From an uncultured Thermoleophilia bacterium (GTDB lineage Bacteria; Actinomycetota; Thermoleophilia; UBA2241), in contig CAWBNR010000016.1 in the NCBI GenBank assembly GCA_963790185.1, forward strand, positions 1,528-65,527: a DNA stretch of 64,000 nt. Reading direction: 5' to 3'. The translations under genes and the position numbers were made by a program. Position 1 is the stretch's first letter. The number at the start of each line of letters is the position of its first letter. The notes beneath the pieces are model-generated. The model made no database searches, was not told where the DNA came from, and saw nothing but the letters and a program-made list of their open reading frames with translations. Below are positions 16,385-30,357 of this stretch, in pieces.

Positions 16385-16648
16385 CGAGAATTCTGCAGTC
16401 TGCGTTGTGCGCCCGATGCAGCTATCTACTTACTTCTGCATATGACCCTACCACCAGGTTCAGACGAGCGGCATTCGTGGTCTGCAGAAGACCCTGTCTC
16501 CGCATCGACGCGCTGCCGCCGTGATGCCGCGCAGTCGAGTGTCACGTCTCGTGATGTCGAGTCTCGTCGGCAGAATGTCGGCAGTCTTGCCGATTCGGAA
16601 GGACACGAGCCGGGCGGCTGGAGGCGCAGCGCCAGGTGCAGGCAGTTC

Positions 16649-16724
16649 TGGTGCCCCCGGCTGGAATCGAACCAGCGACACCAGGTTTAGGAAACCTGTG
16701 CTCTATCCACTGAGCTACGAGGGC
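16649..16724 (-). tRNA. tRNA-Arg (anticodon CCT), CCA encoded
   Basis: The reverse complement is GCCCTCG-TA-GCTC-AGTGGATA-GAGC-A-CAGGT-TTCCTAA-ACCTG-GTGTC-GCTGG-TTCGATT-CCAGC-CGGGGGC-A-CCA. It folds into a canonical cloverleaf with one G-U pair in the acceptor stem. Confidence 0.9.
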
Positions 16725-16926
16725 ACTGTGCCGATTTGCAGGGAGTTTTCCTCCACTGCGGCGCGCCAAGGATATCACGGGCTGCGAATGGGTCGCCAAA
16801 CGTGCGGGCAACCCGCGTGGCCGAGCCCAGCCGGCCGGCCATACGACAGAGGCTCCACAGATGACTGCCGCCGACGCCCGTCCTCCCGACATATTGAAGA
16901 TCTCCCCACCGATACGTAAAAGATAC

Positions 16927-16980
16927 TTGACATGATGTCGCCTCCGCTTTACACTCTGCGATGTCAAACAAACCTGACAT
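16927..16980 (+). promoter_or_regulatory. promoter (TTGACA-17-TACACT) with overlapping and flanking GACAT/ATGTC inverted repeats, upstream of the membrane-protein/XRE operon
   Basis: TTGACA at 16927-16932 and TACACT at 16950-16955. The palindrome GACAT-g-ATGTC is at 16929-16939. The inverted repeat ATGTCA (16961-16966) / TGACAT (16975-16980) lies just downstream. Confidence 0.4.
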
Positions 16981-17028
16981 CGGGGGCCGCCTGCAGCAGC
17001 TTCGGCGGGTCCGCGCGAGGAGGCCCAC

Positions 17029-17481
17029 ATGCCGTTCGAAGAGAAGATGACCTGGGTGAGCGGGGTGGTAACGATCATCGTCCCGATCGTCTACGTCGCC
17101 ACCATGATCGGCCGGCTGCAGAGCACGCCGGCCGCCGACATCCCCTTCCAAAGGCCGCTCATCGTCGCCATCGTGGCGTCGGTGGTGCTCACCATCGTCG
17201 GGTCGATCGTCATGTCCATCGGTACCGGCATCACGGCGACCATCCGCGGCCGCAAGCCGGAGGACGAGATCGACCGCAAGGACGAACGCGACAAGACCAT
17301 CAGCCGCCACGGTGACCTCGTGGGCTTCTACGTGTCCTCCGCCGGCATGGTCGGCGTGCTGATCCTCACCATGCTCGAGGCAGACCACTTCTGGATCGCC
17401 AACGCGCTGTACCTCTCGTTCGTCGTCGCGACGGCGATCTCGTCGGCGGTCAAGCTGGTGACCTACCACAGGGGCTTCTGA
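17029..17481 (+). CDS. four-TM membrane protein (DUF2178-like)
   Basis: A 150-aa hydrophobic ORF immediately followed (3 nt) by a small XRE regulator, which is the usual DUF2178 / YozG-like pairing. Confidence 0.5.
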   Translation: MPFEEKMTWVSGVVTIIVPIVYVATMIGRLQSTPAADIPFQRPLIVAIVASVVLTIVGSIVMSIGTGITATIRGRKPEDEIDRKDERDKTISRHGDLVGFYVSSAGMVGVLILTMLEADHFWIANALYLSFVVATAISSAVKLVTYHRGF

Positions 17482-17483
17482 CC

Positions 17484-17708
17484 GTGGGCAAGCCGACGCG
17501 AGTGACCAACCGGATACGCGCGCTGCGTTTCGCGGCGGGCGAGATGACGCAGGCCGAGCTCGCCGACAGGCTCGGCGTGACCAGGCAGACCATCATCGCC
17601 GTGGAGCAGGGCAAGTACTCGCCGTCGCTGGAGATGGCGTTCCAGATCGCGCGCGTGTTCGGCGTGCCGCTCGACGACGTGTTCGGGTATCCGGAGGAGG
17701 GACGATGA
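17484..17708 (+). CDS. XRE-family helix-turn-helix transcriptional regulator
   Basis: The 74-aa ORF reads NRIRALRFAAGEMTQAELADRLGVTRQTIIAVEQGKYSPSLEMAFQIARVFGVPLDDVF. Confidence 0.85.
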   Translation: MGKPTRVTNRIRALRFAAGEMTQAELADRLGVTRQTIIAVEQGKYSPSLEMAFQIARVFGVPLDDVFGYPEEGR

Positions 17709-18460
17709 ACGCTGAGCCTGGCCGAGCCGAGCGCGCCGTCCTGCTGCTCGGCGGCACCGGTCGCACCGGCGGCCGCGTCCTGCAGCAGCTGCTGGCCCGC
17801 GGCGTCAGCGTACGGGCCGTCGTCCGCTCGGCGGAGCGACTCCCGGACGGCGTCGCAGAAGACGATCACCTGACTGCGGTCGAGGCCGACCTGCTGTCCC
17901 TGGGCGACGAGGAGCTCGCACGCCTGGTCAAGGGTTGCGACGCGGCCGTCTCGTGCCTCGGTCACACGCTGGACGCGCAGGGCGTGTTCGGACGTCCGCG
18001 CGACCTGGTGACCGAGGCCGTCCGGCGGGTGTACACAGCGGCGACGGAGGTCGAACCGGACCGGCCCCTGAGGTTCGTCCTCATGAGCAGCGTCTCCGTG
18101 CTCCGGCCCGGCGGTCAGGACGCGCACCGCGGGCCGGCCGTCAGGGCAGTGCTCGGGCTGCTGCGCGGCTTGATCCCGCCGGCGCGCGACAACCAGTCCG
18201 CGGCCGACTTCCTGCTCCAGGTGGCCGGGGCGGACGGCCGCTTCGTTGAATGGACCGCCGTCCGCCCCGACTCGCTCCGCGAAGGGGACGTCTCCGAGTA
18301 CGACGTCCACGACGGCCTCGTCACTGGCCTCTTCCGCCCGCGCGAGACGCGCATGGCGAACGTCGCCCACTTCATGTGCGAGTTGGCGACGGACGACCGC
18401 ACCTGGGAGCAGTGGCGCGGCAAGCTCCCGGTGATCGTCGACAGGATGGTCGGGCGGTAG
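17705..18460 (+). CDS. NAD(P)-binding Rossmann-fold oxidoreductase (NmrA/atypical SDR-like)
   Basis: ATGA start/stop overlap with the XRE gene. The N-terminal motif is VLLLGGTGRTGGRVLQQLLARG. Confidence 0.7.
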   Translation: MNAEPGRAERAVLLLGGTGRTGGRVLQQLLARGVSVRAVVRSAERLPDGVAEDDHLTAVEADLLSLGDEELARLVKGCDAAVSCLGHTLDAQGVFGRPRDLVTEAVRRVYTAATEVEPDRPLRFVLMSSVSVLRPGGQDAHRGPAVRAVLGLLRGLIPPARDNQSAADFLLQVAGADGRFVEWTAVRPDSLREGDVSEYDVHDGLVTGLFRPRETRMANVAHFMCELATDDRTWEQWRGKLPVIVDRMVGR

Positions 18461-18579
18461 GTCCCGGCCGCGCGGCCGGGCCTCAAGACGCCGGCGTCGC
18501 CTGCGCGCTCCATTCGACTGTTCCACAGGGCAGCGCGCGCCCAGACTTGCCTGCAACGGGCCCGAAAGAGCCGAAGATG

Positions 18580-18623
18580 CGGCCGGGGCCGGCGCTCCCG
18601 TGAGGGAGCGCCGGCCCCGGCCG
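18580..18623. terminator. bidirectional terminator-like hairpin (20-bp perfect stem, GTGA loop)
   Basis: cggccggggccggcgctccc-gtga-gggagcgccggccccggccg lies between the convergent genes 17705-18460 (+) and 18647-18796 (-). There is no clear U-tract. Confidence 0.5.
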
Positions 18624-18646
18624 TCACAGGTGGAGATGCGTGCGGC

Positions 18647-18796
18647 TTACTTGCTCTTGCCGATCTTGAACATCTTCGTGCCGCACGTCGGACAGATGCC
18701 CTGCGTCGCGGGCTTGCCGTTCTTCATGGTGACCTGCTGCTCGTCCTTCATCGTCCTCTTGGTGCGGCACTTGACGCAGTAAGCCTCGGTTGCCAT
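18647..18796 (-). CDS. 49-aa zinc-ribbon mini-protein (DUF5679-like)
   Basis: Not in the ORF track (<60 aa). The product is MATEAYCVKCRTKRTMKDEQQVTMKNGKPATQGICPTCGTKMFKIGKSK, with CxxC...CxxC. Confidence 0.6.
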   Translation of the reverse strand: MATEAYCVKCRTKRTMKDEQQVTMKNGKPATQGICPTCGTKMFKIGKSK

Positions 18797-18989
18797 GTGC
18801 TCTCCTTTCGGGGCCACAGCCCCGTAGCCCGCCCCCGTGATATCGCGGGCAGTATAGTGCGTATACGGTACGCACGCAATGAGGCTAGGGGGCTCGCGGC
18901 CAGTCTCCTGTTGCCCGTTCGCCGCCGCGCTGGTAAAACCTGCTCAGCGGGACCATGCCGCTGAGCATCCCCTGGCTGAAAGGATGACG

Positions 18990-20325
18990 ATGAACGAAGA
19001 GCTCCAGGCCAGGATCCGCAGGCTCGTCGCCGACGAGAACGTCAAGCACGTCCAGCTGTGGTTCACCGACATCCTCGGCAGTCTCAAGATGGTCGAGATC
19101 CCGGATCGCCAGCTGGACAGCGTTCTCGAGAGCGGCGCTCCCTTCGACGGGTCCTCCATCACCGGCTACGCCGAGGTCGAGGAGTCGGACATCGTGGCGA
19201 TGCCCGACTGGGCCACCTTCACGCGTGCTGCCCTGGTCGCAGAACCAGGAGCGCACCGCGTTCGTCTTCTGCGACGTCCTCGACCGCAACTACCGGCCGT
19301 TCGAGGGCGACCCGCGCTGGGTGCTGCGCCGCCAGCTCGAGCGCGCCCGCGCTTTGGGCCTCGAGTTCTACGTCGGGCCCGAGCTCGAGTACTTCTACTT
19401 CAAGAGCGCGGCGGCGCCCGAGCTGACCGACGACGGCGGCTACTTCAGCGTGCTGCCGGCCGACCTCGGCAACGACCTCCGCAAGCAGACGATGCGCACG
19501 CTCGACAAGCTCGGGCATCCCGATGGAGGCCTCGCACCACGAGGTCGCGCCCGTCGCAGCACGAGATCGACCCGCACTACGACGAGGCCATGCTCATGGC
19601 CGACCGCGTCATGATCTGCCGCCTCATCGTCAAGGAGGTAGCGGCCCACAACGGGGTCTACGCGACCTTCATGCCCAAGCCGCTGCACGGCGTCAACGGC
19701 AGCGGCATGCACGTCCACCAGTCGCTCTTCCGCGGCGACGAGAACGCCTTCTTCTCGACCGACCGACGAGAACCACCTCTCCGACATCGCCAAGGGGCTT
19801 CATCGCCGGGCAGCTCAAGCACATGCGCGAGATCTGCTCGGTGCTCAACCAGTGGGTCAACAGCTACAAGCGTCTGGTGCCGGGCTTCGAGGCGCCGGTC
19901 TACATCTCGTGGGCGCACCGCAACCGCACGGCGCTGATCCGCGTGCCGCTCTACATCCAGGGCAAGGAGAGCACGGTGCGCGCCGAGCTGCGCAACCCCG
20001 ACCCGGCGGCCAACCCGTACCTGGCCTTCGCCGTGATGCTGGCCGCCGGCCTCGAGGGCATCGAGCAGGAGTACGAGCTGCCGCCGTCGGTCGAGCCCAA
20101 CATCTACAAGATGACACGCCGAACGAGCGCGAGGCGATCGGCCTGACGTCACTGCCCAACAACCTCTTCGAGGCGATCACCGAGACCGAGGGCAGCGATC
20201 TCGTGCGGCGCACGCTCGGCGACCACGTCTTCGAGCGCTTCGTCACCAACAAGCTCAACGAGTGGTACGAGTACCGCGAGCAGGTGACCGACTTCGAGAT
20301 CCAGCGCTACTACTCGGTGCTCTGA
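18990..20325 (+). CDS. glnA: glutamine synthetase (type I), reading frame broken by at least 5 indels
   Basis: GS segments appear in successive frames: [22 protein letters not shown]..., [12 protein letters not shown]...[62 protein letters not shown], and ...[10 protein letters not shown]. Confidence 0.85.
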
Positions 20326-21108
20326 TGGGCGGCGAGAGACGCGCGGCGAGGCGGGCGGCGGGCTTGCCGCCGCCCGCCTCGCCGCCCATCTCAGCGGCTG
20401 GCTGCGCGACGAGATCACGGCCGGCGGCGGCGAGGGCGCCGTCTTCGGCCTCTCCGGCGGTATCGACTCCGCCGTCGTCGCCGCCCTCGCGCTGCGCGCC
20501 TTCCCGCAGCACTCGCTGGGCCTGCTCATGCCGTGCCACAGCGACCCGCGCGACGCCGACGACGCGCGCCTCGTCGCCCGACGCTTCGGCCTCGCCACCG
20601 CGACCGTCGACCTCGGGCCTGTGTACGACCTCCTTCTCGAGACGCTCGCCGCCGGGCAGCCGGACCTGGCGCGAGGACCGCCTGGCGGCAGCCAACCTCA
20701 AGCCGCGGCTGCGCATGACGACGCTCTACGCCTTCGCCAACCGCCTCGGCTACCGCGTGCTCGGCACCGGCAACCGCAGCGAGCTGGCGATCGGCTACTT
20801 CACCAAGTACGGCGACGGCGGCGTCGACCTGCTGCCGCTCGGCGAGCCTCACCAAGACGCGAGGTGCGCGACCTGGCCCGCGCACCTGGGCGTGCCGCAG
20901 CCATCATCGACAAGCCGCCGTCGGCGGGCCTCTGGGCGGGCCAGACCGACGAGGGCGAGATGGGGTTGACGTACGACGCGCTCGACGCCTACCTGCTCGG
21001 CCGCGGTGGCGAGGACGGCGATCATCGAGCGCGTCGAGCGCATGAGGCGCCGCGAGCGAGCACAAGCGCGCCCTGCCCAAGATCGCGCCCAAGCCAGCCG
21101 ACGACTAG
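20325..21108 (+). CDS. nadE: NH3-dependent NAD+ synthetase, frameshifted several times
   Basis: [19 protein letters not shown] (PP-loop), [42 protein letters not shown], and [20 protein letters not shown] are spread over three frames. Confidence 0.8.
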
Positions 21109-21172
21109 GGCGCGAGGCCGCCCGCCCGCGTCAACCGCGCCCTTCCGGCTTGGGGGCGTCTTCGGGACACGG

Positions 21173-21178
21173 TAGACT
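21173..21178 (+). promoter_or_regulatory. -10 box candidate GG-TAGACT upstream of aspartokinase
   Basis: The same ggTAGACTg string recurs at 23571 and 29107 in front of other genes. Confidence 0.3.
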
Positions 21179-21252
21179 GTTGCGCCGGCCGGGAGAGGAG
21201 TCCCCCGCGTGTGGCGGAGCCTCGCGACCGGCGTCAAGGAGGTCTCAGCAGC

Positions 21253-22521
21253 GTGTCGATCGTCGTCCAGAAGTACGGCGGCACCTCGGTCGCCGACGCG
21301 GTGCGCATCATGAACGTGGCGCGCCGCATCGTCGCCACCGCCGAGCAGGGTCACCAGGTGTGCGCCGTCGTCTCGGCGCGCGGCGACACGACCGACGAGC
21401 TCGTCGAGCTCGCGTACGAGATCTCGCCGCAACCCGCCCGAGCGCGAGATGGACATGCTCCTCTCGACGGGCGAGCGCATCAGCTGCGCCCTGCTCGCCA
21501 TGGCGATCGACCGTCTCGGCGGCCGCGCGGTCAGCTTCACCGGCTCGCAGGCGGGCATCGTCACCGACACGGTGCACACCAAGGCGCGCATCCTCGACAT
21601 CCGCGCCATCCGCGTACAGGAAGCGCTCGATAACGGCCAGATCGTGCTCGTCGCCGGCTTCCAGGGCGTCTCGACCGACAAGGACGTGACGACCCTCGGC
21701 CGCGGCGGCTCCGACACGACCGCGGTCGCTCTGGCCCACGCGCTCGGCGCCGAGGTCTGCGAGATCTACACCGACGTCGACGGCGTCTACACCGCCAACC
21801 CGAGCGTCGTCGCCCGCGCGCTGCAAGATCGACGCGCATCTCCTACGACGAGATGCTCGAGATGGCGGCCGCCGGCGCCCAGGTCCTCGCCCTGCGCTCG
21901 GTCGAGTACGCGCGCAAGTACGACATCCCGATCCACGTGCGCTCGAGCTTCAGCGACTCGGAGGGCACCTGGGTGAGAGAGGACGACGAGGCCATGGAGC
22001 TCGAGCAGCCGATCATCAGGGCCGTCACCTACACCACCGACGAGGCCAAGGTCACGGTGCGCGGCGTGCCCGACCAGCCCGGCGTCGCGGCGCAGCGTGT
22101 TCGCGCGCGCTGGCCGACGCCCACGTCAACGTCGACATGATCATCCAGAACGTCGAGCGAGAAGGGCCACAGCGACATCTCCTGCGTCGATCGCCGCCGA
22201 GGACGGCCGCCACGGCCGACCGCGCCCTGCGCGACGTCGTCGACGAAGCTCAGGCGCGCGGCTACGACACCGACGAGCGCATCGCCAAGATCAGCATCGT
22301 CGGCGCCGGCATGCGCACCAACCCCGGCGTCGCGGCGAAGATGTTCCGCACCCTCGCCGACCTCGGCATCAACCTCGAGATGATCTCGACCTCGCCGATC
22401 AAGATCTCCTGCGTGATCGCAAGAGGACCGCGTCGAGGAGGCGGTACGCGCGCTGCACGACGCCTTCGAGCTCGACGACGCACTGCGTCCACCCCGAGTC
22501 GGTCGAGAAGGGCTCGTCCTG

Positions 22522-22522
<1 letters not shown>
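21253..22522 (+). CDS. lysC: aspartate kinase, frameshifted
   Basis: GTG 21253 follows an AAGGAGG RBS. The product starts [16 protein letters not shown]... and continues through [32 protein letters not shown]-domain segments ([35 protein letters not shown]), and [11 protein letters not shown]. The 3' end is approximate. Confidence 0.85.
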
Positions 22523-23552
<1,030 letters not shown>

Positions 23553-23570
23553 GCGCGTCGGACTGCAGGG

Positions 23571-23576
23571 TAGACT
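23571..23576 (+). promoter_or_regulatory. -10 box candidate TAGACT, 9 nt before the trxB ATG (leaderless or near-leaderless)
   Basis: cagggTAGACTgtcggcactATG. Confidence 0.35.
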
Positions 23577-23585
23577 GTCGGCACT

Positions 23586-24654
23586 ATGGGTCTCGATATC
23601 CGCATCAACCTGCCCGAGGACCCGTCGGCCGCGACCTACGACGTCGGCGATCGTCGGCGGAGGCCCGTCGGGCCTGACCGCCGCCCTGTACTGCGCCCGC
23701 GGCCGCCGCACGACGGTGGTCCTCGAGCGCCACATGGCCGGCGGTCAGATCGCGCTCACCGAGCTGGTCGAGAACTACCCCGGCTTCCCCGAGGGCATCT
23801 CCGGCTTCGACCTCTCCGAGCAGCATGAAGCGCCAGGCCGCCCAGTTCGGCGCCGAACTGCGCGAGATCACCACGGTCGCCGCGCTCACGCCCGACGCCG
23901 ACGGCCTCGTTCACGATCACGACCGACCAGGAGCCGCATCCGGGCGCGCACGCTGATCCTCGCGCCCGGCGTCGAGGCCAAGCGCTCGGGCATCCCCGGC
24001 GAGGCCGAGTTCGTCGGGTCGCGGCGTCTCGTGGTGCGCGACCTGCGACGGCGCCCTCTACAAGGGCAGGCAGGTGGCCGTCGTCGGCGGCGGCGACTCG
24101 GCAGTCGAGGAGGGCCTGTTCCTCACCAAGTTCGCCGACAAGGTCTACGTCGTCCATCGCCGCGACGAGCTGCGGGCATCGGCGATCGCCCAGGAGCGCG
24201 CCTTCGCCAACAGCAAGATGGAGTTCGTGTGGGACTCGGTGCCGCGCCGCATCAAGGGCGACCAGCTCGTCGAGGCGCTCGAGGTCCAGAACGTGAAGAC
24301 CAACGAGCTCCGGAGCCTGCCCGTGAACGGCGTCTTCTTCTACATCGGACAGGTGCCGCAACACGGCCTTCTTGCAGGGCACCGTCGCGCTCGACGAGGC
24401 CGGCTACATCGTGACCGACGACGCTGATGCGTACGTCGCTCTGCGGCGTGTTCGCCTGCGGCGACGCACGGGCCAACCCGCTCAAGCAGATCGCCATGGC
24501 GGTCGGCGAGGGCGCGCTCGCCGCCGTCCAGGCGCGAGCGCTACCTCGACGAGCTCGAGTGCCCGTCGGCGGGGCCCGCCGGGGCGGCGGCGCCCGATCC
24601 GCGCGCCGCCCGGCGCGGCGCCACCGTCTCAAGACTGAACTGCGACAAGACTGA
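23586..24654 (+). CDS. trxB: thioredoxin-disulfide reductase, frameshifted
   Basis: [73 protein letters not shown], and GVFACGD...[14 protein letters not shown]. The redox CxxC region lies in a shifted frame (ATCDG). The 3' end is approximate. Confidence 0.85.
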
Positions 24655-24665
24655 CTGGAGGAGAG

Positions 24666-24980
24666 TTGGACGCTGTCTCACAGGAGGATTTCGACACCGT
24701 CGTCACGCAAGCCACGGGCAAGGTCCTCGTCGACTTCTGGGCCGAGTGGTGCGGCCCGTGCCGCATGGTCGGCCCGGTGCTCGAGGAGATGGCGGGCGAC
24801 TACCCCGACGTCACGTTCGTGAAGCTCAACGTCGACGAGTCGCCCGAGGTCGGCGCAGCGCTTCGACGTCATGAACATCCCGACGATCCTGGCCTTCGAG
24901 GGCGGCGAGGTGAAGCAGCGTATCGTCGGTGCGATGCCCGGCAGCGCCTTGTCGAGGAGCTGGGCGGCTTCCTGAGCTAG
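24666..24980 (+). CDS. trxA: thioredoxin, frameshifted in the 3' half
   Basis: VLVDFWAEWCGPCRMVGPVLEEMA (WCGPC active site). The expected ...FDVMNIPTILAFEGGEVK... follows in another frame. Confidence 0.85.
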   Translation: MDAVSQEDFDTVVTQATGKVLVDFWAEWCGPCRMVGPVLEEMAGDYPDVTFVKLNVDESPEVGAALRRHEHPDDPGLRGRRGEAAYRRCDARQRLVEELGGFLS

Positions 24981-25720
24981 AGGCGCGTCAGACCGCCTCC
25001 GAGGCGCAGCGCCAGCGACGTCGTAGCTGAACGAGACGAGGCGGTCGGCGAAGGCGACGTCGAGACTCTGCTGCACGCCGACGGGCAGCGCTCGGACGCG
25101 CGCGCGGATCAGCTCGCTCTTCTCGGGCGAGACCGCCGCCGCCTGCATCCAGTAGTCGAGGTCGACGGTGCGCCGCAACACGCAGCTGCTCGACGACGCG
25201 GAGACCCGCGGCGATCGCCGAGAGCCTCGAGCTCCTCGGCGCGGAAGTGGCGCCGGTGGGCCGGCTCGCGCAGGCGCGCCAGGTCGTTGAAGGCGGCGTC
25301 GGTCACGTCGTCGACGACGGCGTCGTCCACGACGATACGGGCGCCCGCGCCGGCGACACGCGCGCATCTCGTGCAGCGCCGCCACCGGCTCGGGCAGGCG
25401 GTGCAGCGCGCTGCGAGCAGACGACCAGGCTGAAGTCGCCGTCGGCGAAGGGCAGCGCGTAGAGGTCGACGAGCCTTGAAGGCGACGTTGTCCAGCCCGA
25501 GCTCGGCGACCAGCCGGCGGCCCTCGTCGAGCGCGTCCGGCCAGCTCGTCGACGGCGACGCACTGACGGCCACCGCCGGAGCGACGGCGAACGCCGTCAT
25601 GCCGACGCCGCAGGCGTAGTCGAGCACGGCGTCGTGTGCCCGGCCGGGCCAGGTCGAGCAGCGCCTGGACCGACGGGTCGCGGAAGTCTCTGTCACGTGC
25701 GATCGCCCTCCTGAATGCGG

Positions 25721-25724
<4 letters not shown>
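24977..25724 (-). CDS. class I SAM-dependent methyltransferase (UbiE/Methyltransf_11-like), frameshifted
   Basis: [30 protein letters not shown], and [17 protein letters not shown] appear in different frames. The GTG at 25724 overlaps the ileS-frame stop. Confidence 0.65.
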
Positions 25725-29032
<3,308 letters not shown>

Positions 29033-29106
29033 GTGACTCGCTTTCGTCGAGCGGCAGGCCGGACGGCCGGGCGACGGCAGGGAAGGCGATTCTAGCAGAC
29101 TTACGG

Positions 29107-29112
29107 TAGACT
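29107..29112 (+). promoter_or_regulatory. -10 box candidate TAGACT, 7 nt before ATG 29120 (leaderless-type)
   Basis: acggTAGACTcggccgcATG. Confidence 0.35.
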
Positions 29113-29119
29113 CGGCCGC

Positions 29120-29856
29120 ATGGTCCCCTCCGCACGCCGACCCTTCTCCCTGCCTTGCGCCGACACGCTGCGGCACGTGCTCATCGCTGCTCGACTACGA
29201 CGGCACGGTGACCACGCACGAGTGCAACGAGATCGTCCTGCACGGAGTTCGTCGGCGACGCCTGGCGGCCGCTCGAGGAGATGGTGCACCGCGGCGAGAT
29301 CAGCCACGCCGAGTGCTTCGATCGCCAGGTCGGCCTCGTCGACAGCGCCGCGCGCGGCGTTCCTCGGCCGCTCGTCGAGGAGGCCGAGCCGGCGCCGGGG
29401 CTCGCGCGAGTTCTTCGACCGTGGCCACCGCCGGCGGCGCCCGCGTCGCCATCGTCAGCGCCGGCTTCCGCGAGGCCATCGAGGCCGTCTGGCGACGCGA
29501 CGAGCTGCCGCCCGTCGAGATCGTCGCCAGCGAGCTCGTCGGGGCGGACGGCGACGACGGCGGCCCGCCCTACAGCATCGGCTTCAGCCCGCTGCTCGGC
29601 GACTGCCCGCGCTGCGGGCCGGCGAGCTGCAAGGCCGCCGTCCTGCGCGCGCGCCGGCGAGCGGACGACGTCGTCTGGGTCTTCGGCGACGGCGACGAGC
29701 GACTTCTGCCCCGCGCGCGAGGCCGATCTCGTCTTCGCGCGCGGTCATCTTGCCGATCTGGCCGAGGAGGCCGGCCTCGAGCGACGGCCGCTCGACTTCG
29801 TCGCGGCCGCCGCCGGACTGGCCAGCCTCGCCCGCCCGGCGCGGAGCCTCGCGTGA
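29120..29856 (+). CDS. HAD-IB family phosphatase (MtnX-like), frameshifted
   Basis: [18 protein letters not shown] (DxDG motif I), [28 protein letters not shown], and [21 protein letters not shown] are spread over several frames. Confidence 0.55.
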
Positions 29857-30357
29857 GCGCCGGCGCCGCGCGTGGATCCGCCGGCGCCGCCGTCCGCACC
29901 GCCGGGGCGCCGCTCGGCCACTCCACGCCACCGACCCTGCGCGAGCGCCTGAGGCCGCACACCCGCCAGTTCGTCAAGTTCGCGATCGTCGGCGGCTCGG
30001 GTACCATCGTGAACCTGCTGGTCCTGAAGCTCACGCTCGTGCTCTGGGGCGCGCTGCCGTCGAGCCAGACCTTCGCCGTCGAACTCGGCGCCAGCGCCCT
30101 CGCCTTCTGCGTCGCCGTCGGCAACAACTACCTGCTCAACCGCTGGTGGACGTTCCGCTCCCGCGGGCCCATCCACCTCGAGTTCGGCAAGTTCTTCACC
30201 GTGAGCCTGATCGGCCTCGGCCTCAACGCGCTCTTCTTCACCGCGTTCCGCCGCTACGCCGAGCTTCACGTGCTCTGGAGCCAGCTGCTCGCGATCGCCT
30301 GCGTGCTGCCCGTTCAACTTCGTCGCCAACAAGCTGTGGAGCTTCAGAGCGCGGTGA
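29853..30357 (+). CDS. GtrA-family membrane protein, one frameshift near the 3' end
   Basis: FVKFAIVGGSGTIVNLLVL...AVGNNYLLNRWWTFRS...NFVANKLWSFRAR*. GTGA overlap with the preceding gene. Confidence 0.75.

Noticed and set aside
18624-18875. The listed 83-aa minus-strand ORF between the oxidoreductase operon and glnA.
   Set aside because: Its product (…RYHGGGLRGCGPERRAHGNRGLLRQVPHQEDDEGRAAGHHEERQARDAGH…) is low-complexity and lies out of frame with the convincing 49-aa zinc-ribbon ORF that occupies the same DNA.
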